The notes: a model not told the origin generated them from the letters alone. A stretch of DNA of 64,000 nt from Sphaerochaetaceae bacterium (GCA_016938475.1 JAFGUP010000029.1:379-64378); one strand, 5' to 3'; positions 29,058 to 38,290 are shown, counted from the first letter of the stretch. Translations and numbers: made by a program.

Positions 29058-30434
29058 CTATGAATACTGCTCGAGTTCTACAAATCGGACAAGCTGTTTC
29101 TGGAACCCCATGGTGATGACTCCCGTCTCCCCGTTACGCTGCTTGGCGAGGATGACTTTAGTCTCCTGAACGGGAAACCCGTTCATCACCACCTGCTGTT
29201 CCTGTTCACCGTTTTTGTCATCATGATCACTTAGACGGTCACGATGCAGAAATATAACCACATCAGCATCCTGCTCAACAGAACCTGATTCACGAATATT
29301 GGCAAGGTTAGGTTCTTTCCCCTCTGCGTCACGGGAGACCTGGCTGAGTGCAATGATCGGGATACGCAGTTCACGGGCAAGAGATTTCATCGAGCGGCTG
29401 ATCTCTGCCACCTGTTCATGCCGGGGAACATTTGGCCCGCTTTCAGGATTGATCAGCGAGAGGTAGTCCACGAACAGTATCTCGATCTGCTTTTCCCGTT
29501 TCATCCGTCTCGCCTGACTCCTCAGATCAAACAGTTTGATGTTGGGCGTATCCTGAATGATCAGCTTCCCTTCATAGATTCTGCTTGCCGCATCAATGAT
29601 CGCATTGGTATCCTGAGAACGCAGGACCGCATTTCTGATTCTCTTAGAATCAACATGAGCCTCTGCGGATAAGATTCTCTCCATGATAGCCATACTCGTC
29701 ATTTCGGCAGAGAAGAAGCCGGTAGCCACCTTTCGGTGTATCGCCATATCTATCGCCATGGAGATGGCGAAAGCTGTCTTACCAACGGAAGGGCGGGCAC
29801 CGATAACGACATATTCTCCGGGCCTGAAGCCACCTGTCATGTCATCAAGACGGGAGAATCCTGACATGACACCTTCCTTGTTCCCATGCTGAACACGCTC
29901 AAGCAGATGGTCTACGGTCGACTTGACCAGAGTGGACCCATCCTTGTAACTCTCTGAGAATACTTCTGTGGACACCTGGAGATCACTGAGCTTGTGTTCT
30001 CCTTCATCAAGAATCTCATCAATATCCTTAGATTCGTCAAAGGCAGAATCATAGAGGGTTGAAGAAAGAGTAAGAAGGGATCGCCTCAGTGACAAGGCCT
30101 GAACGATCTGAGCATAGTATATTGCATTGGTGATGGTGGGAACTTCACTGGTGAGGCTGGCCACATAGGCCATGCCGCCACACAGATCAAGGAGCTTCTG
30201 CCCCTTGAGAAATTCGGTGATAGTGATCAGATCGATTGTCTGACCACTATGCTCATTATGGAATAGGAGTATAGCATCGTAGAGGGTTGAGTGTGCCGGT
30301 GAGTAGAAGTCATCCTTCCTCAAAGACTGTGACACCTCATGAAATGCATCCGAGCTTAACAGGATTGCTCCCAGAACAGCCTTTTCTGCATCGATGTTAT
30401 GAGGAGGTATTCTCCCCCCTGCGATATCTGCCAC
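29058..30434 (-). CDS. dnaB: Replicative DNA helicase DnaB
   Basis: PPHNIDAEKAVLG N-terminus, Walker A GARPSVGKTAF, LSQVSRD, IAKQRNG. Confidence 0.95.
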   Translation of the reverse strand: MADIAGGRIPPHNIDAEKAVLGAILLSSDAFHEVSQSLRKDDFYSPAHSTLYDAILLFHNEHSGQTIDLITITEFLKGQKLLDLCGGMAYVASLTSEVPTITNAIYYAQIVQALSLRRSLLTLSSTLYDSAFDESKDIDEILDEGEHKLSDLQVSTEVFSESYKDGSTLVKSTVDHLLERVQHGNKEGVMSGFSRLDDMTGGFRPGEYVVIGARPSVGKTAFAISMAIDMAIHRKVATGFFSAEMTSMAIMERILSAEAHVDSKRIRNAVLRSQDTNAIIDAASRIYEGKLIIQDTPNIKLFDLRSQARRMKREKQIEILFVDYLSLINPESGPNVPRHEQVAEISRSMKSLARELRIPIIALSQVSRDAEGKEPNLANIRESGSVEQDADVVIFLHRDRLSDHDDKNGEQEQQVVMNGFPVQETKVILAKQRNGETGVITMGFQKQLVRFVELEQYS

Positions 30435-30442
30435 GGGTGGCC

Positions 30443-31039
30443 CTACTCCTTGTCGTCTTCGGTCTCTGTCTCTTCGCCGGCCTCAAAAGCAGATTCTTCG
30501 ACAACAGCCACGGGTTCTTCGGCTACCTGAGGAGCTGCTTTGACCTCAGCAGCCTCTTCAGCTGCTTTGCGTGCAGCTGAATCCTTTACAGCCTTCTCAC
30601 TGAGAACCTCAAGCTTCAACGAAGCACTTTCACCTTCATAGAGACGGATCTTGACCGTATAGGTACCGACCATCTTGATATCATGAGAAGCGACTTCGAT
30701 CCTTTTCTTCTCGATTTCAATACCTTCTTTGGCAAGGCCTTCCATGATCATGGTGTTCGTCACTGATCCGAAAAGCTTACCACTTTCACCGGCTGATACG
30801 GTAAGTGTCAGCGTCATGGAATCAAGTCTCTCTCTGAGAGTGGACGCGGCCTTCCGCTTATCTTCCTTTCTCTTTTCAATGGCCTTTGCTTTACCAGCAA
30901 AGATCGCCTGATTCGCCTTATTAAACAGAACTGCAAAATGTTTGGGAAGAAGGAAATTCCGTGCATAGCCGTTTTTGACTTCTACAACGTCCCCTTCTTC
31001 TCCGAGATTATGAACATCCTGATTTAAAATAATTTTCAT
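30443..31039 (-). CDS. rplI: 50S ribosomal protein L9 with an Ala/Glu-rich C-terminal extension
   Basis: MKIILNQDVHNLGEEGDVVEVKNGYARNFLLP. Confidence 0.93.
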   Translation of the reverse strand: MKIILNQDVHNLGEEGDVVEVKNGYARNFLLPKHFAVLFNKANQAIFAGKAKAIEKRKEDKRKAASTLRERLDSMTLTLTVSAGESGKLFGSVTNTMIMEGLAKEGIEIEKKRIEVASHDIKMVGTYTVKIRLYEGESASLKLEVLSEKAVKDSAARKAAEEAAEVKAAPQVAEEPVAVVEESAFEAGEETETEDDKE

Positions 31040-31054
31040 AATTCCCTTTTCTCC

Positions 31055-32005
31055 TTACTCATGTTTACGATATGTGACCCAGGTCTCACTGATTCCCAAT
31101 AATGCGAATCCGAGAAACGCTATCACATTGATTCCCGGCAGTGCCATCAGCATAAGAGAGAAATTGAACGTTCTCAGAACTCTGAGATGTTCCAATTTCT
31201 TCTTCAGCAGATAGACAGCTATCGAGACTCCATGCACTGCATACAGCAGGGCAAGAGCGCTGCTGATGTTGTATGCTACAATCTCTACGAGAGTAGACTC
31301 TGTAAAGAACGTTACCAGTACGAGTGTGAATGCTCCTAGAAACACCCAGAGCACTTCCTGCGGGACTCTCCACTGCATCATTCGTTGTTCGAATGATGAG
31401 GAATTCCTGTGCAGGAAGATCTCACTGATATAGATGGCCGCAAGAAACTGAACCAGGTAGATGAATAATCCGAATCGAATGATCATATCATTCACGAATT
31501 TATTCATTGCATTACTGTCAGTTCCTGCCATCTGGGTTCCCATCAACATCTGAATGACTGAATTAAGAACCTCCTGATATATCCTGAGGGTCTCCCTTGA
31601 ACTCTCACTCTCTCCAAGTAACCATAGTACTATAAAACATCCGATGACAACAGGAAATGATACTGATGCGCTCAGGCGCGTGAAGTATCGACGAGGACTC
31701 ATCATAATCCATATCCCGCTTGATACAAGCAGAGACACCGGCATGAACAGTCCCACAATCAGAACACCTGTTGTCGAACTCATATCCTGAAAGATATCCT
31801 TCAGCTGGATGACATGAAGGGCAACCACTGCAATGACCACAATGGACACGCTGGTGATCTTCTTCCACATCTCATCAAGTCGTTCGCTCATCAGAAGGAG
31901 AGGCAGAATGCTCAACACTCCCGATGAAGTTACCAGGTACGCCCCGAAGGAGAGAACCGAAGGTAACAGCAGACCGACAAGAAGACGGCTGTCGTACTCT
32001 TTCAT
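31055..32005 (-). CDS. DUF2232 (YybS-like) membrane protein
   Basis: Polytopic membrane protein in the conserved position between rpsR and rplI. Called mainly on synteny. Confidence 0.5.
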   Translation of the reverse strand: MKEYDSRLLVGLLLPSVLSFGAYLVTSSGVLSILPLLLMSERLDEMWKKITSVSIVVIAVVALHVIQLKDIFQDMSSTTGVLIVGLFMPVSLLVSSGIWIMMSPRRYFTRLSASVSFPVVIGCFIVLWLLGESESSRETLRIYQEVLNSVIQMLMGTQMAGTDSNAMNKFVNDMIIRFGLFIYLVQFLAAIYISEIFLHRNSSSFEQRMMQWRVPQEVLWVFLGAFTLVLVTFFTESTLVEIVAYNISSALALLYAVHGVSIAVYLLKKKLEHLRVLRTFNFSLMLMALPGINVIAFLGFALLGISETWVTYRKHE

Positions 32006-32017
32006 ACCCGCAAACCC

Positions 32018-32317
32018 TTACTTTCTGTCGAAAGGAAGGTATGCAAGTACACGTGCACGCTTGATTTCTGTGGTAAGCGCTCTCTGGTGTTTCGCACAGT
32101 TGCCGGTGATACGACTGGGGAGGATCTTTCCTCTTTCAGTCACATATCGTCTGAGCATGTCGGGATTCTTGTAATCTGCTACAAGTCCCTGTGTACAGAA
32201 CTTACAGACCTTCTTCTTGAAAGGTCCTCTCTTATTGAAGCGGCGTCCGGAAAACCCGCCTCTTCCGCCATTTGCATCATCTCTGCTATTGCTATTTCTA
32301 TCTCTATCATCTGCCAT
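32018..32317 (-). CDS. rpsR: 30S ribosomal protein S18
   Basis: [34 protein letters not shown]. Start moved to the ATG at 32317 with an AGGAGG RBS, which removes the overlap with ssb. Confidence 0.9.
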   Translation of the reverse strand: MADDRDRNSNSRDDANGGRGGFSGRRFNKRGPFKKKVCKFCTQGLVADYKNPDMLRRYVTERGKILPSRITGNCAKHQRALTTEIKRARVLAYLPFDRK

Positions 32318-32342
32318 GATATATGTTTCTCCTCCTGCAGTT

Positions 32343-32822
32343 TTAGAACGGGATGTCATCGTCGAACTGTTCCGGTCCGGGAAACGAGGAATTGCTCTGA
32401 GGCTTCACATCTGAAGGAGCCTGAGCCTGATTTCTCTGGTATCCACCGTTGGAATTGTTATAGGAACCGCGTTCGCTCTGACCTGAAGATCCGGAGTTTC
32501 CTCCGAGAAGCTGTATCGAATTGGCAACGATCTCGATTCTACTGCGGCTCTGACCATCCTGTTCCCATCGACTCTGACGGAGTTCTCCACTCACGCACAC
32601 CTGCCGACCTTTGCTCAGATAATTGTTCAGAACTTCACCCTGACGGCCCCATACCGTGACATCGAAGAAACTCACTTCCTCTTCTCTTGCATCTCCTGAC
32701 CTCTTCGTTCGATTTACAGCAAGAGAGAAACGACCCACTGCCGTTCCACTGTTAAGGTACTTGAGTTCCATATCACGTGTAAGTCTTCCGACGAGGACGA
32801 CGCTGTTGATATCGTTAGCCAT
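32343..32822 (-). CDS. ssb: Single-stranded DNA-binding protein
   Basis: OB fold ([12 protein letters not shown]), Gly/Ser/Asn-rich linker, acidic tip DDDIPF. Confidence 0.95.
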   Translation of the reverse strand: MANDINSVVLVGRLTRDMELKYLNSGTAVGRFSLAVNRTKRSGDAREEEVSFFDVTVWGRQGEVLNNYLSKGRQVCVSGELRQSRWEQDGQSRSRIEIVANSIQLLGGNSGSSGQSERGSYNNSNGGYQRNQAQAPSDVKPQSNSSFPGPEQFDDDIPF

Positions 32823-32847
32823 ACGTTACGCTCCTGTTCAGTTATGT

Positions 32848-33129
32848 CTATTTATCCTTAACGACAAACAGGAACTTCAGTACCGGCTGCATGAGTCTGA
32901 ATGCATGCTCAAGAGTCACGATGACTGCCGGGTCAGCGCTCAGCTCCATGTAATGGTAGTGGCCTTTGTCCTGTTTCTTGATCTGGTATGCAAGGTTGCG
33001 CACACCCATATCTTCACTCTTGGTGACTTCGACTTGATGTTCGGCGAACTGAGCGTTCACCCGTTCAAGTCCCTGTACCGCCGCATCTTCTGTTGGATCA
33101 AAGATGACGGTAAATTCATAGTTTCTCAT
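32848..33129 (-). CDS. rpsF: 30S ribosomal protein S6
   Basis: MRNYEFTVIFDP...MGVRNLAYQIKK. Confidence 0.92.
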   Translation of the reverse strand: MRNYEFTVIFDPTEDAAVQGLERVNAQFAEHQVEVTKSEDMGVRNLAYQIKKQDKGHYHYMELSADPAVIVTLEHAFRLMQPVLKFLFVVKDK

Positions 33130-33287
33130 AGTTCCTCCTTACGGACTATATGATCCACGCATGGTGGATAAAGAGGTCACGATACGCTATCACAGAGATA
33201 CCATGAGTGTCAAGGAAGCAACAAGCCACCGGAGCGACCGGTGGCTTGTTTTCGTACTGACATGACTGCCGAAGGATAAGATTATTT

Positions 33288-33374
33288 CTTATTCTTGTGT
33301 CTGTTCTTTCTAAGCTTTTTCTTTCGCTTATGTGTTGCAATCTTATGTCGTTTTCTTTTTCTACCACAAGGCAC
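33288..33374 (-). CDS. 28-aa highly basic micro-protein, candidate ribosomal protein bS22 (AURKAIP1/COX24-like)
   Basis: Hand translation of the minus strand gives GTG-PCGRKRKRHKIATHKRKKKLRKNRTQE-TAA. AAGGAG RBS lies 7 nt upstream, with its own -35/-10. The ORF is below the 60-aa track cutoff. Confidence 0.6.
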
Positions 33375-33417
33375 AATAGGACTCCTTACCGATAAGTTTA
33401 ATGTAATTACGTCGGCT

Positions 33418-33446
33418 ATTATGGAGGGTATAGCGATTTAGGTCAA
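33418..33446 (-). promoter_or_regulatory. Sigma70-like promoter for the micro-ORF (and possibly the rpsF operon)
   Basis: On the minus strand: TTGACC (33446-33441), 17-nt spacer, CATAAT (33423-33418). Confidence 0.45.
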
Positions 33447-33568
33447 GGGTATCGCCCATGAGATTTCTTTAATCCGTCCATAACAGGATTCCGGAATTAA
33501 AGATGAATCATAAAATAGGGAGAAGATGATAGGAAAACTCTCCTGTACAGCATATAATCAACCCTACT

Positions 33569-34786
33569 ATGAATGTTCTCGTTTTCGGTCTTGGACTACA
33601 TGGCGGAGGTGTTGCCTCTGCCCGCTACTATGCCCAACAGGGTGATTCGGTATGTGTCACCGATCTGAGGGAAAGATCACAGCTGGCAAAGCAGATAGAG
33701 CAGCTGGCTGATCTGCCTATCAGGTACGCACTTGGTGGACATTCATCTGAGGATGTCCGATGGGCAGACATCATCATCAAGAACCCTGCGGTACCTCCAA
33801 CTCATCGGCTACTGATTGGAACCGAGACGTGCACCACCACAGATATCAGAGAACTGCTCACAGGCTGCGCGACACACTCATCCATCGCCCTGATCGGGGT
33901 AAGCGGCACGAAGGGTAAGAGTTCTACAGTACATACCTTGAAGCAACTTTTTATGAGGGAGGGGAAAAAGGTACTCGTCAGCGGGAATATAGGAATAAGC
34001 GGCTTTGAGACTCTGCAGGTTCTCGACGGTATCAAAGGGGACGTTACTGTCGTGATTGAACTCTCCTCCTTCCAGATCCGTGATCTGTTCCTGTACGGCG
34101 TTCCACAGGGAACTACCTTCTCAGCCCTCTTTCTGACGTCCCTCTATGCTGATCATCAGGATTACTACCGGTCTGTCACGGAATATGTCAACGAGAAGCT
34201 TCAGCTGTATACACTGAATAGCACAGCCACATATTACAGCAGACAGGCTTCTGATTTTTTAGTAAAGAACGGGTACCGGCTGCCTGAACATGTGACCATC
34301 TACCGTTCACTCTCAGACCTCTTTGAAACGGATCTTGCGGGAGGTCTGACCGGGCTCCCACACAGGGATCAGTTTATCCGAACGATCGGCTCCACCGACT
34401 GGTATGATGACTCGGCAGCGACAATACCTGAAGCGACAATACATACCCTCACTTCTCACAAGGGCCGCTACATCCTCATCTGCGGAGGTTCCGATAAGCG
34501 GTCGGATTATTCGGTATTGAGTGAATCCCTTAAGAGTGCGCAGATGATCTGTCTCCTCCCGGGAGAAGCGACCATTCGTTCCATCATCCCTCTTCTTGAA
34601 ACGTCTCGTATTCCTTACAGAGGTCCATTTTCCAGCATGAAGGAAGCAGTTCGATGTGCCTATCAGGCTGCCCAGGAATGTGAGACCTGTGATGTGATAC
34701 TCTCCCCCTCTTCAGCCAGCTTCTCCCTGTTCAGGAATTCAGATGAGAGGGGTGAAACCTTCATAGATGAGGTTAATGCTCTTTAA
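33569..34786 (+). CDS. murD: UDP-N-acetylmuramoylalanine--D-glutamate ligase
   Basis: N-terminal Rossmann region VFGLGLHGGG, GVSGTKGKSST P-loop, Mur-ligase middle and C-terminal regions. Confidence 0.8.
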   Translation: MNVLVFGLGLHGGGVASARYYAQQGDSVCVTDLRERSQLAKQIEQLADLPIRYALGGHSSEDVRWADIIIKNPAVPPTHRLLIGTETCTTTDIRELLTGCATHSSIALIGVSGTKGKSSTVHTLKQLFMREGKKVLVSGNIGISGFETLQVLDGIKGDVTVVIELSSFQIRDLFLYGVPQGTTFSALFLTSLYADHQDYYRSVTEYVNEKLQLYTLNSTATYYSRQASDFLVKNGYRLPEHVTIYRSLSDLFETDLAGGLTGLPHRDQFIRTIGSTDWYDDSAATIPEATIHTLTSHKGRYILICGGSDKRSDYSVLSESLKSAQMICLLPGEATIRSIIPLLETSRIPYRGPFSSMKEAVRCAYQAAQECETCDVILSPSSASFSLFRNSDERGETFIDEVNAL

Positions 34787-35754
34787 CGACGTTTTCTGGC
34801 ATGAGTGAGCATGATCCACTCTGCAGCTCTGTACAGGGAATACGCAAGAGGATGCCGCACCACATCGACTCCAGTCTCCCTCCTGACCACCTCTCCTCCA
34901 AATGAGGTCTTGAAAAGAGTAAGTGAACTCAGATGATCGTCCTCTGTCCCGATACCGTGCAGATCATATACTGCACGGTCGTTATCACAGGCATAGCGTA
35001 TGACAGCATCCTGGAGCTGATATCCCGGAGGAAACGGAAGGTTCCTGGCAGTGGCACCGAACAGATAGAGTATATGCGTGTCACTTTCAACCGTGATAAC
35101 GCCTCCCACGATCTTCTCTTCGTAGATAGCAAGGAAAAGATGTACCCCTTGATGGCTCAGTACATTTTCAATATATTCCCTGCTCCGTGCATAAAAACCA
35201 TCTCGAGCAGCAGTTTCCTGATACAGAGCCATCCAGCGATCAATGTGAGAGGCCTGTTTGTCTGAGAGAATGGTATCACTGTCAGCTTGCCGACTTTTCC
35301 TGAGTGCACGTCTTGCCCGTTTTGTATAATGAGAACACACCGTTTCATAATCTGCGTTCAGATGAATCAGGACCGAGGATGCAGGCTGTATCGGAAAGGG
35401 GCAGCTATGGACTCTCCTATGGGACCATGATCCGGTACGCTTCAGTCCGTAGGCGAACTCGTACCTGATGAATAGAAAGGGAAGACGGGTCAGCTGCTTC
35501 ACTTCGTCCGTTATCTTCAGCATCAGGTCCTGAGACACTTCCTCGAAATCGGTATAGGGAACATACCCGATAGAGAAAAAGAGGATCTGCTTGGACAGTA
35601 CCAGGATATGTTTTTCTGAGGAAGGAATAAAGAACGGATGGGCTGTCCATCCGTTCTTGTGTTTTATAGAGGCCCACAGCGACGTGGTCAGCGGATGTCC
35701 TGCTGTAGGAAGTTCATCGATACCGACAGGTGTAAGATGAACAGAATGAAACAT
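34783..35754 (-). CDS. FemAB-family peptidoglycan bridge-formation aminoacyltransferase
   Basis: Length and C-terminal pattern (LYLFGATARN...YDLHGIG...FKTSFGGEVV) are typical of the FemAB family. No search was run. Confidence 0.55.
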   Translation of the reverse strand: MFHSVHLTPVGIDELPTAGHPLTTSLWASIKHKNGWTAHPFFIPSSEKHILVLSKQILFFSIGYVPYTDFEEVSQDLMLKITDEVKQLTRLPFLFIRYEFAYGLKRTGSWSHRRVHSCPFPIQPASSVLIHLNADYETVCSHYTKRARRALRKSRQADSDTILSDKQASHIDRWMALYQETAARDGFYARSREYIENVLSHQGVHLFLAIYEEKIVGGVITVESDTHILYLFGATARNLPFPPGYQLQDAVIRYACDNDRAVYDLHGIGTEDDHLSSLTLFKTSFGGEVVRRETGVDVVRHPLAYSLYRAAEWIMLTHARKRR

Positions 35755-37932
35755 TTATCCGATATCCCCGTTCACATAGGTGTGCACTTTCAGTACGTTG
35801 CCGTCAGCTGCTACAGGTTTACCGTCGATCTTCACGATACCGTCCTCACTGATCAGGTTGAAACCAAAGAAGACATCTGCCTTCAACTGGTTGCGCTGCT
35901 CGGGAGCCTCTGAACCTTCTGGCAGGAAGGGTGTACCCGGTGCAACATCATCTGCAAAGACCACTTCACAAGTCGTGTGGGGTTCTGCATCCCTGTCGCT
36001 TGCAGCAAGAAGCATACCCCGTGATTTGACCGAACGGAAGTTTGCAGGCTTGAGATTCTCCACGAGAATGATGGTTCTGCCGAGTAACTCCTGTTCTGTA
36101 TAGTACGGAACGATCGAAGAGACGATCTGAGTATGCTCTTCGGTACCGGTATCAAGCTGGATGATGTAGAGAAACTCTCCCTTAGGGTGACGTTCAATCT
36201 CAACGATCTTACCGGCAATAAGGGAAACCCTGTTGGCAAAGTCCTGTGCGATGCTTACCTGTTCTACTGTTTCTTGTTCCATCTGTGTATCCTGTTTTCC
36301 TTTATAGGTGTTTCGCAACTCTTCAATCCGCTCATCTTCCAGCTTGCTGAACAGATGTTCAATCTGTTTCAGCTCTCCGATACCATCCTCGCTGGCGAGC
36401 ATCTGATAGGTGGTCTGTTCGGCGTTCAGGAAAGAGAGAATCCTTCTTGAGGTCTGTGGCATGAACGGCTGAGCAAGATACCCGATATCACGAATGAGTA
36501 TCAGCAGTGTCTTGAGAAGGCTACCGGTTTGTTCAGGCGATTCCTTTCTCATCTTCCATGGCTCACCATCCTGGAATGCCTTGTTTCCAATGGATGAGAG
36601 GATCAGCAGTTCGCGCAGAGCATCTCTCAGTTCAGCCCGTTCGAAGGCTGCATCGATGATCCTTTCCTGATCTCTGATCTGGTCCATCAGTGACGTATCG
36701 ATATCATAGGCGCCCAGGTCACCTCCGTAGAACTTTTCAACGAACGAGAGCGTTCTATTGACAAGGTTCGACAGATTGCCGATCAGTTCCTTGTTCACCT
36801 TCTCCTGAAAGTCCTTCCAGGTGAAGGTCACATCAGCTTTCTCCGGGCGGTTATAGAACAGATAGAATCTCCACACATCAGCAGGAATACCTGTATCCTG
36901 GACATCATTGCCGAAGATACCGACACCGAGAGACTTGGAGAACTTCCCATCTTCATAGTTGAGGTATTCCGAGCTGCTCATATGGTGCAGCATCGTCCAC
37001 GGGTCACCGGAAGCAAGTAGGGACGAGGGAAAAATCACGGTGTGAAAGGGAATATTGTCTTTACCGATGAACTGGAACAGTTCAACTTCGTCGTTATTGT
37101 GCCACCATTGTTTCCACTGATCAGTGTACTCCGCAGTGATCGAAATATAGCCGATCGGTGCATCGAACCATACATAGAACACCTTATCCTCATACCCCTT
37201 CTTCGGGACGGGAATCCCCCATTTGAGATCACGGGTGATTGCCCTCTCCTTGAGTCCGTCACGGATCCAGCCCTTGGTGACCTGTATCGCGTTCTTTGCC
37301 CAGAAGCCTTTCACTGAGGCTGTATCCATCCACTCCTGTAACAGCGGAAGAGCCTTGGGAAGATCGATATACAGGTGTTTAGTGCTCTTCATTACAGGCG
37401 TGTTACCACACACAGAACAGGTGGGTTCGATCAGTTCGGAAGGGTCAAGAAGTGACTGGCAGGAATCGCACTGATCTCCACGTGCTCCTGGTGCTCCGCA
37501 TTTCGGGCAGATCCCGGTGACGAAACGGTCAGCGAGGAATCGCTGGTCATGTTCACAGTAGAGTTGTTCATTCGTCTTTTCAAAGATGTAGCCGGCTTCA
37601 TCCACCTTGGTGAAAATATCCTGTACGATATCGGTCTGGTACTGAGTGCTCGTCCGTCCGAAATGGTCGAAATCAATCTCGAACCACCTGTATATATCAC
37701 GATGGATAGCGTTATAGCGGTCACACAGCTCACGTGGCGTGATTCCTTCCTGAAGCGCACGGGTCTCACTTGCAGTGCCGTACTCATCGGTTCCACACAC
37801 ATACAGCGTCTCATACCCCTTCATTCGGCAGAAACGGCTGAAACAGTCGGCAGATAGAACCTGAAGAAGGTTTCCCAGATGGGGAATGTTGTTCACATAG
37901 GGAAGGGCTGAGGTGACGAGTCGTTTTTTCAT
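35755..37932 (-). CDS. metG: Methionine--tRNA ligase with EMAPII-like C-terminal tRNA-binding domain
   Basis: SALPYVNNIPHLGNL (HIGH variant), zinc knuckle CPKCGA...CDSC, KFSKSLG (KMSKS). Start moved to the ATG at 37932 (MKKRLVTSALPY). Confidence 0.93.
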   Translation of the reverse strand: MKKRLVTSALPYVNNIPHLGNLLQVLSADCFSRFCRMKGYETLYVCGTDEYGTASETRALQEGITPRELCDRYNAIHRDIYRWFEIDFDHFGRTSTQYQTDIVQDIFTKVDEAGYIFEKTNEQLYCEHDQRFLADRFVTGICPKCGAPGARGDQCDSCQSLLDPSELIEPTCSVCGNTPVMKSTKHLYIDLPKALPLLQEWMDTASVKGFWAKNAIQVTKGWIRDGLKERAITRDLKWGIPVPKKGYEDKVFYVWFDAPIGYISITAEYTDQWKQWWHNNDEVELFQFIGKDNIPFHTVIFPSSLLASGDPWTMLHHMSSSEYLNYEDGKFSKSLGVGIFGNDVQDTGIPADVWRFYLFYNRPEKADVTFTWKDFQEKVNKELIGNLSNLVNRTLSFVEKFYGGDLGAYDIDTSLMDQIRDQERIIDAAFERAELRDALRELLILSSIGNKAFQDGEPWKMRKESPEQTGSLLKTLLILIRDIGYLAQPFMPQTSRRILSFLNAEQTTYQMLASEDGIGELKQIEHLFSKLEDERIEELRNTYKGKQDTQMEQETVEQVSIAQDFANRVSLIAGKIVEIERHPKGEFLYIIQLDTGTEEHTQIVSSIVPYYTEQELLGRTIILVENLKPANFRSVKSRGMLLAASDRDAEPHTTCEVVFADDVAPGTPFLPEGSEAPEQRNQLKADVFFGFNLISEDGIVKIDGKPVAADGNVLKVHTYVNGDIG

Positions 37933-38187
37933 GTCATGTACTATACCCTCTGTGCCTCTCTTTTTCAATCGGGCGAGGAGAAAGAATTATGTGTGAAGTT
38001 CATCCCCAACAGATTCTCATCTGACGCAGGTGATCCGATCAGAGAGAGCTCGCAGAGTGGCGAAATCGGCAGGAGAGTCCAGTGTCAGGTATTCTTCCCT
38101 TCCCCGTATCTACGCTGATAGTACGAAAATCGTGAAAATTCCAATCAAAAAAGACCAGGCGAGGAAAGAATCGACATCTGTCGTTCA

Positions 38188-38216
38188 TTGACCATGACTG
38201 ATATCTGCATTACATT
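38188..38216 (+). promoter_or_regulatory. Sigma70-like promoter for hflKC
   Basis: TTGACC (38188-38193), 17-nt spacer, TACATT (38211-38216). Confidence 0.45.
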
Positions 38217-38290
38217 GATACTATGACCGGATACCGAGGGGCTGAAATTGAGTCAGCCTTCTTCTTCCGGATTCATCGAGGAGGAAAATA

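Noticed and set aside
33146-33376. 76-aa track ORF upstream of rpsF
   Set aside because: It has no RBS and an unprotein-like sequence. It overlaps, in another frame, the much better supported 28-codon basic micro-ORF (33288-33374) and a hairpin.
37933-38187. Possible T-box or other riboswitch in the metG leader
   Set aside because: No T-box sequence (GGTGGTACCGCG-like), specifier-loop architecture or terminator/antiterminator pair is recognisable on the minus strand.
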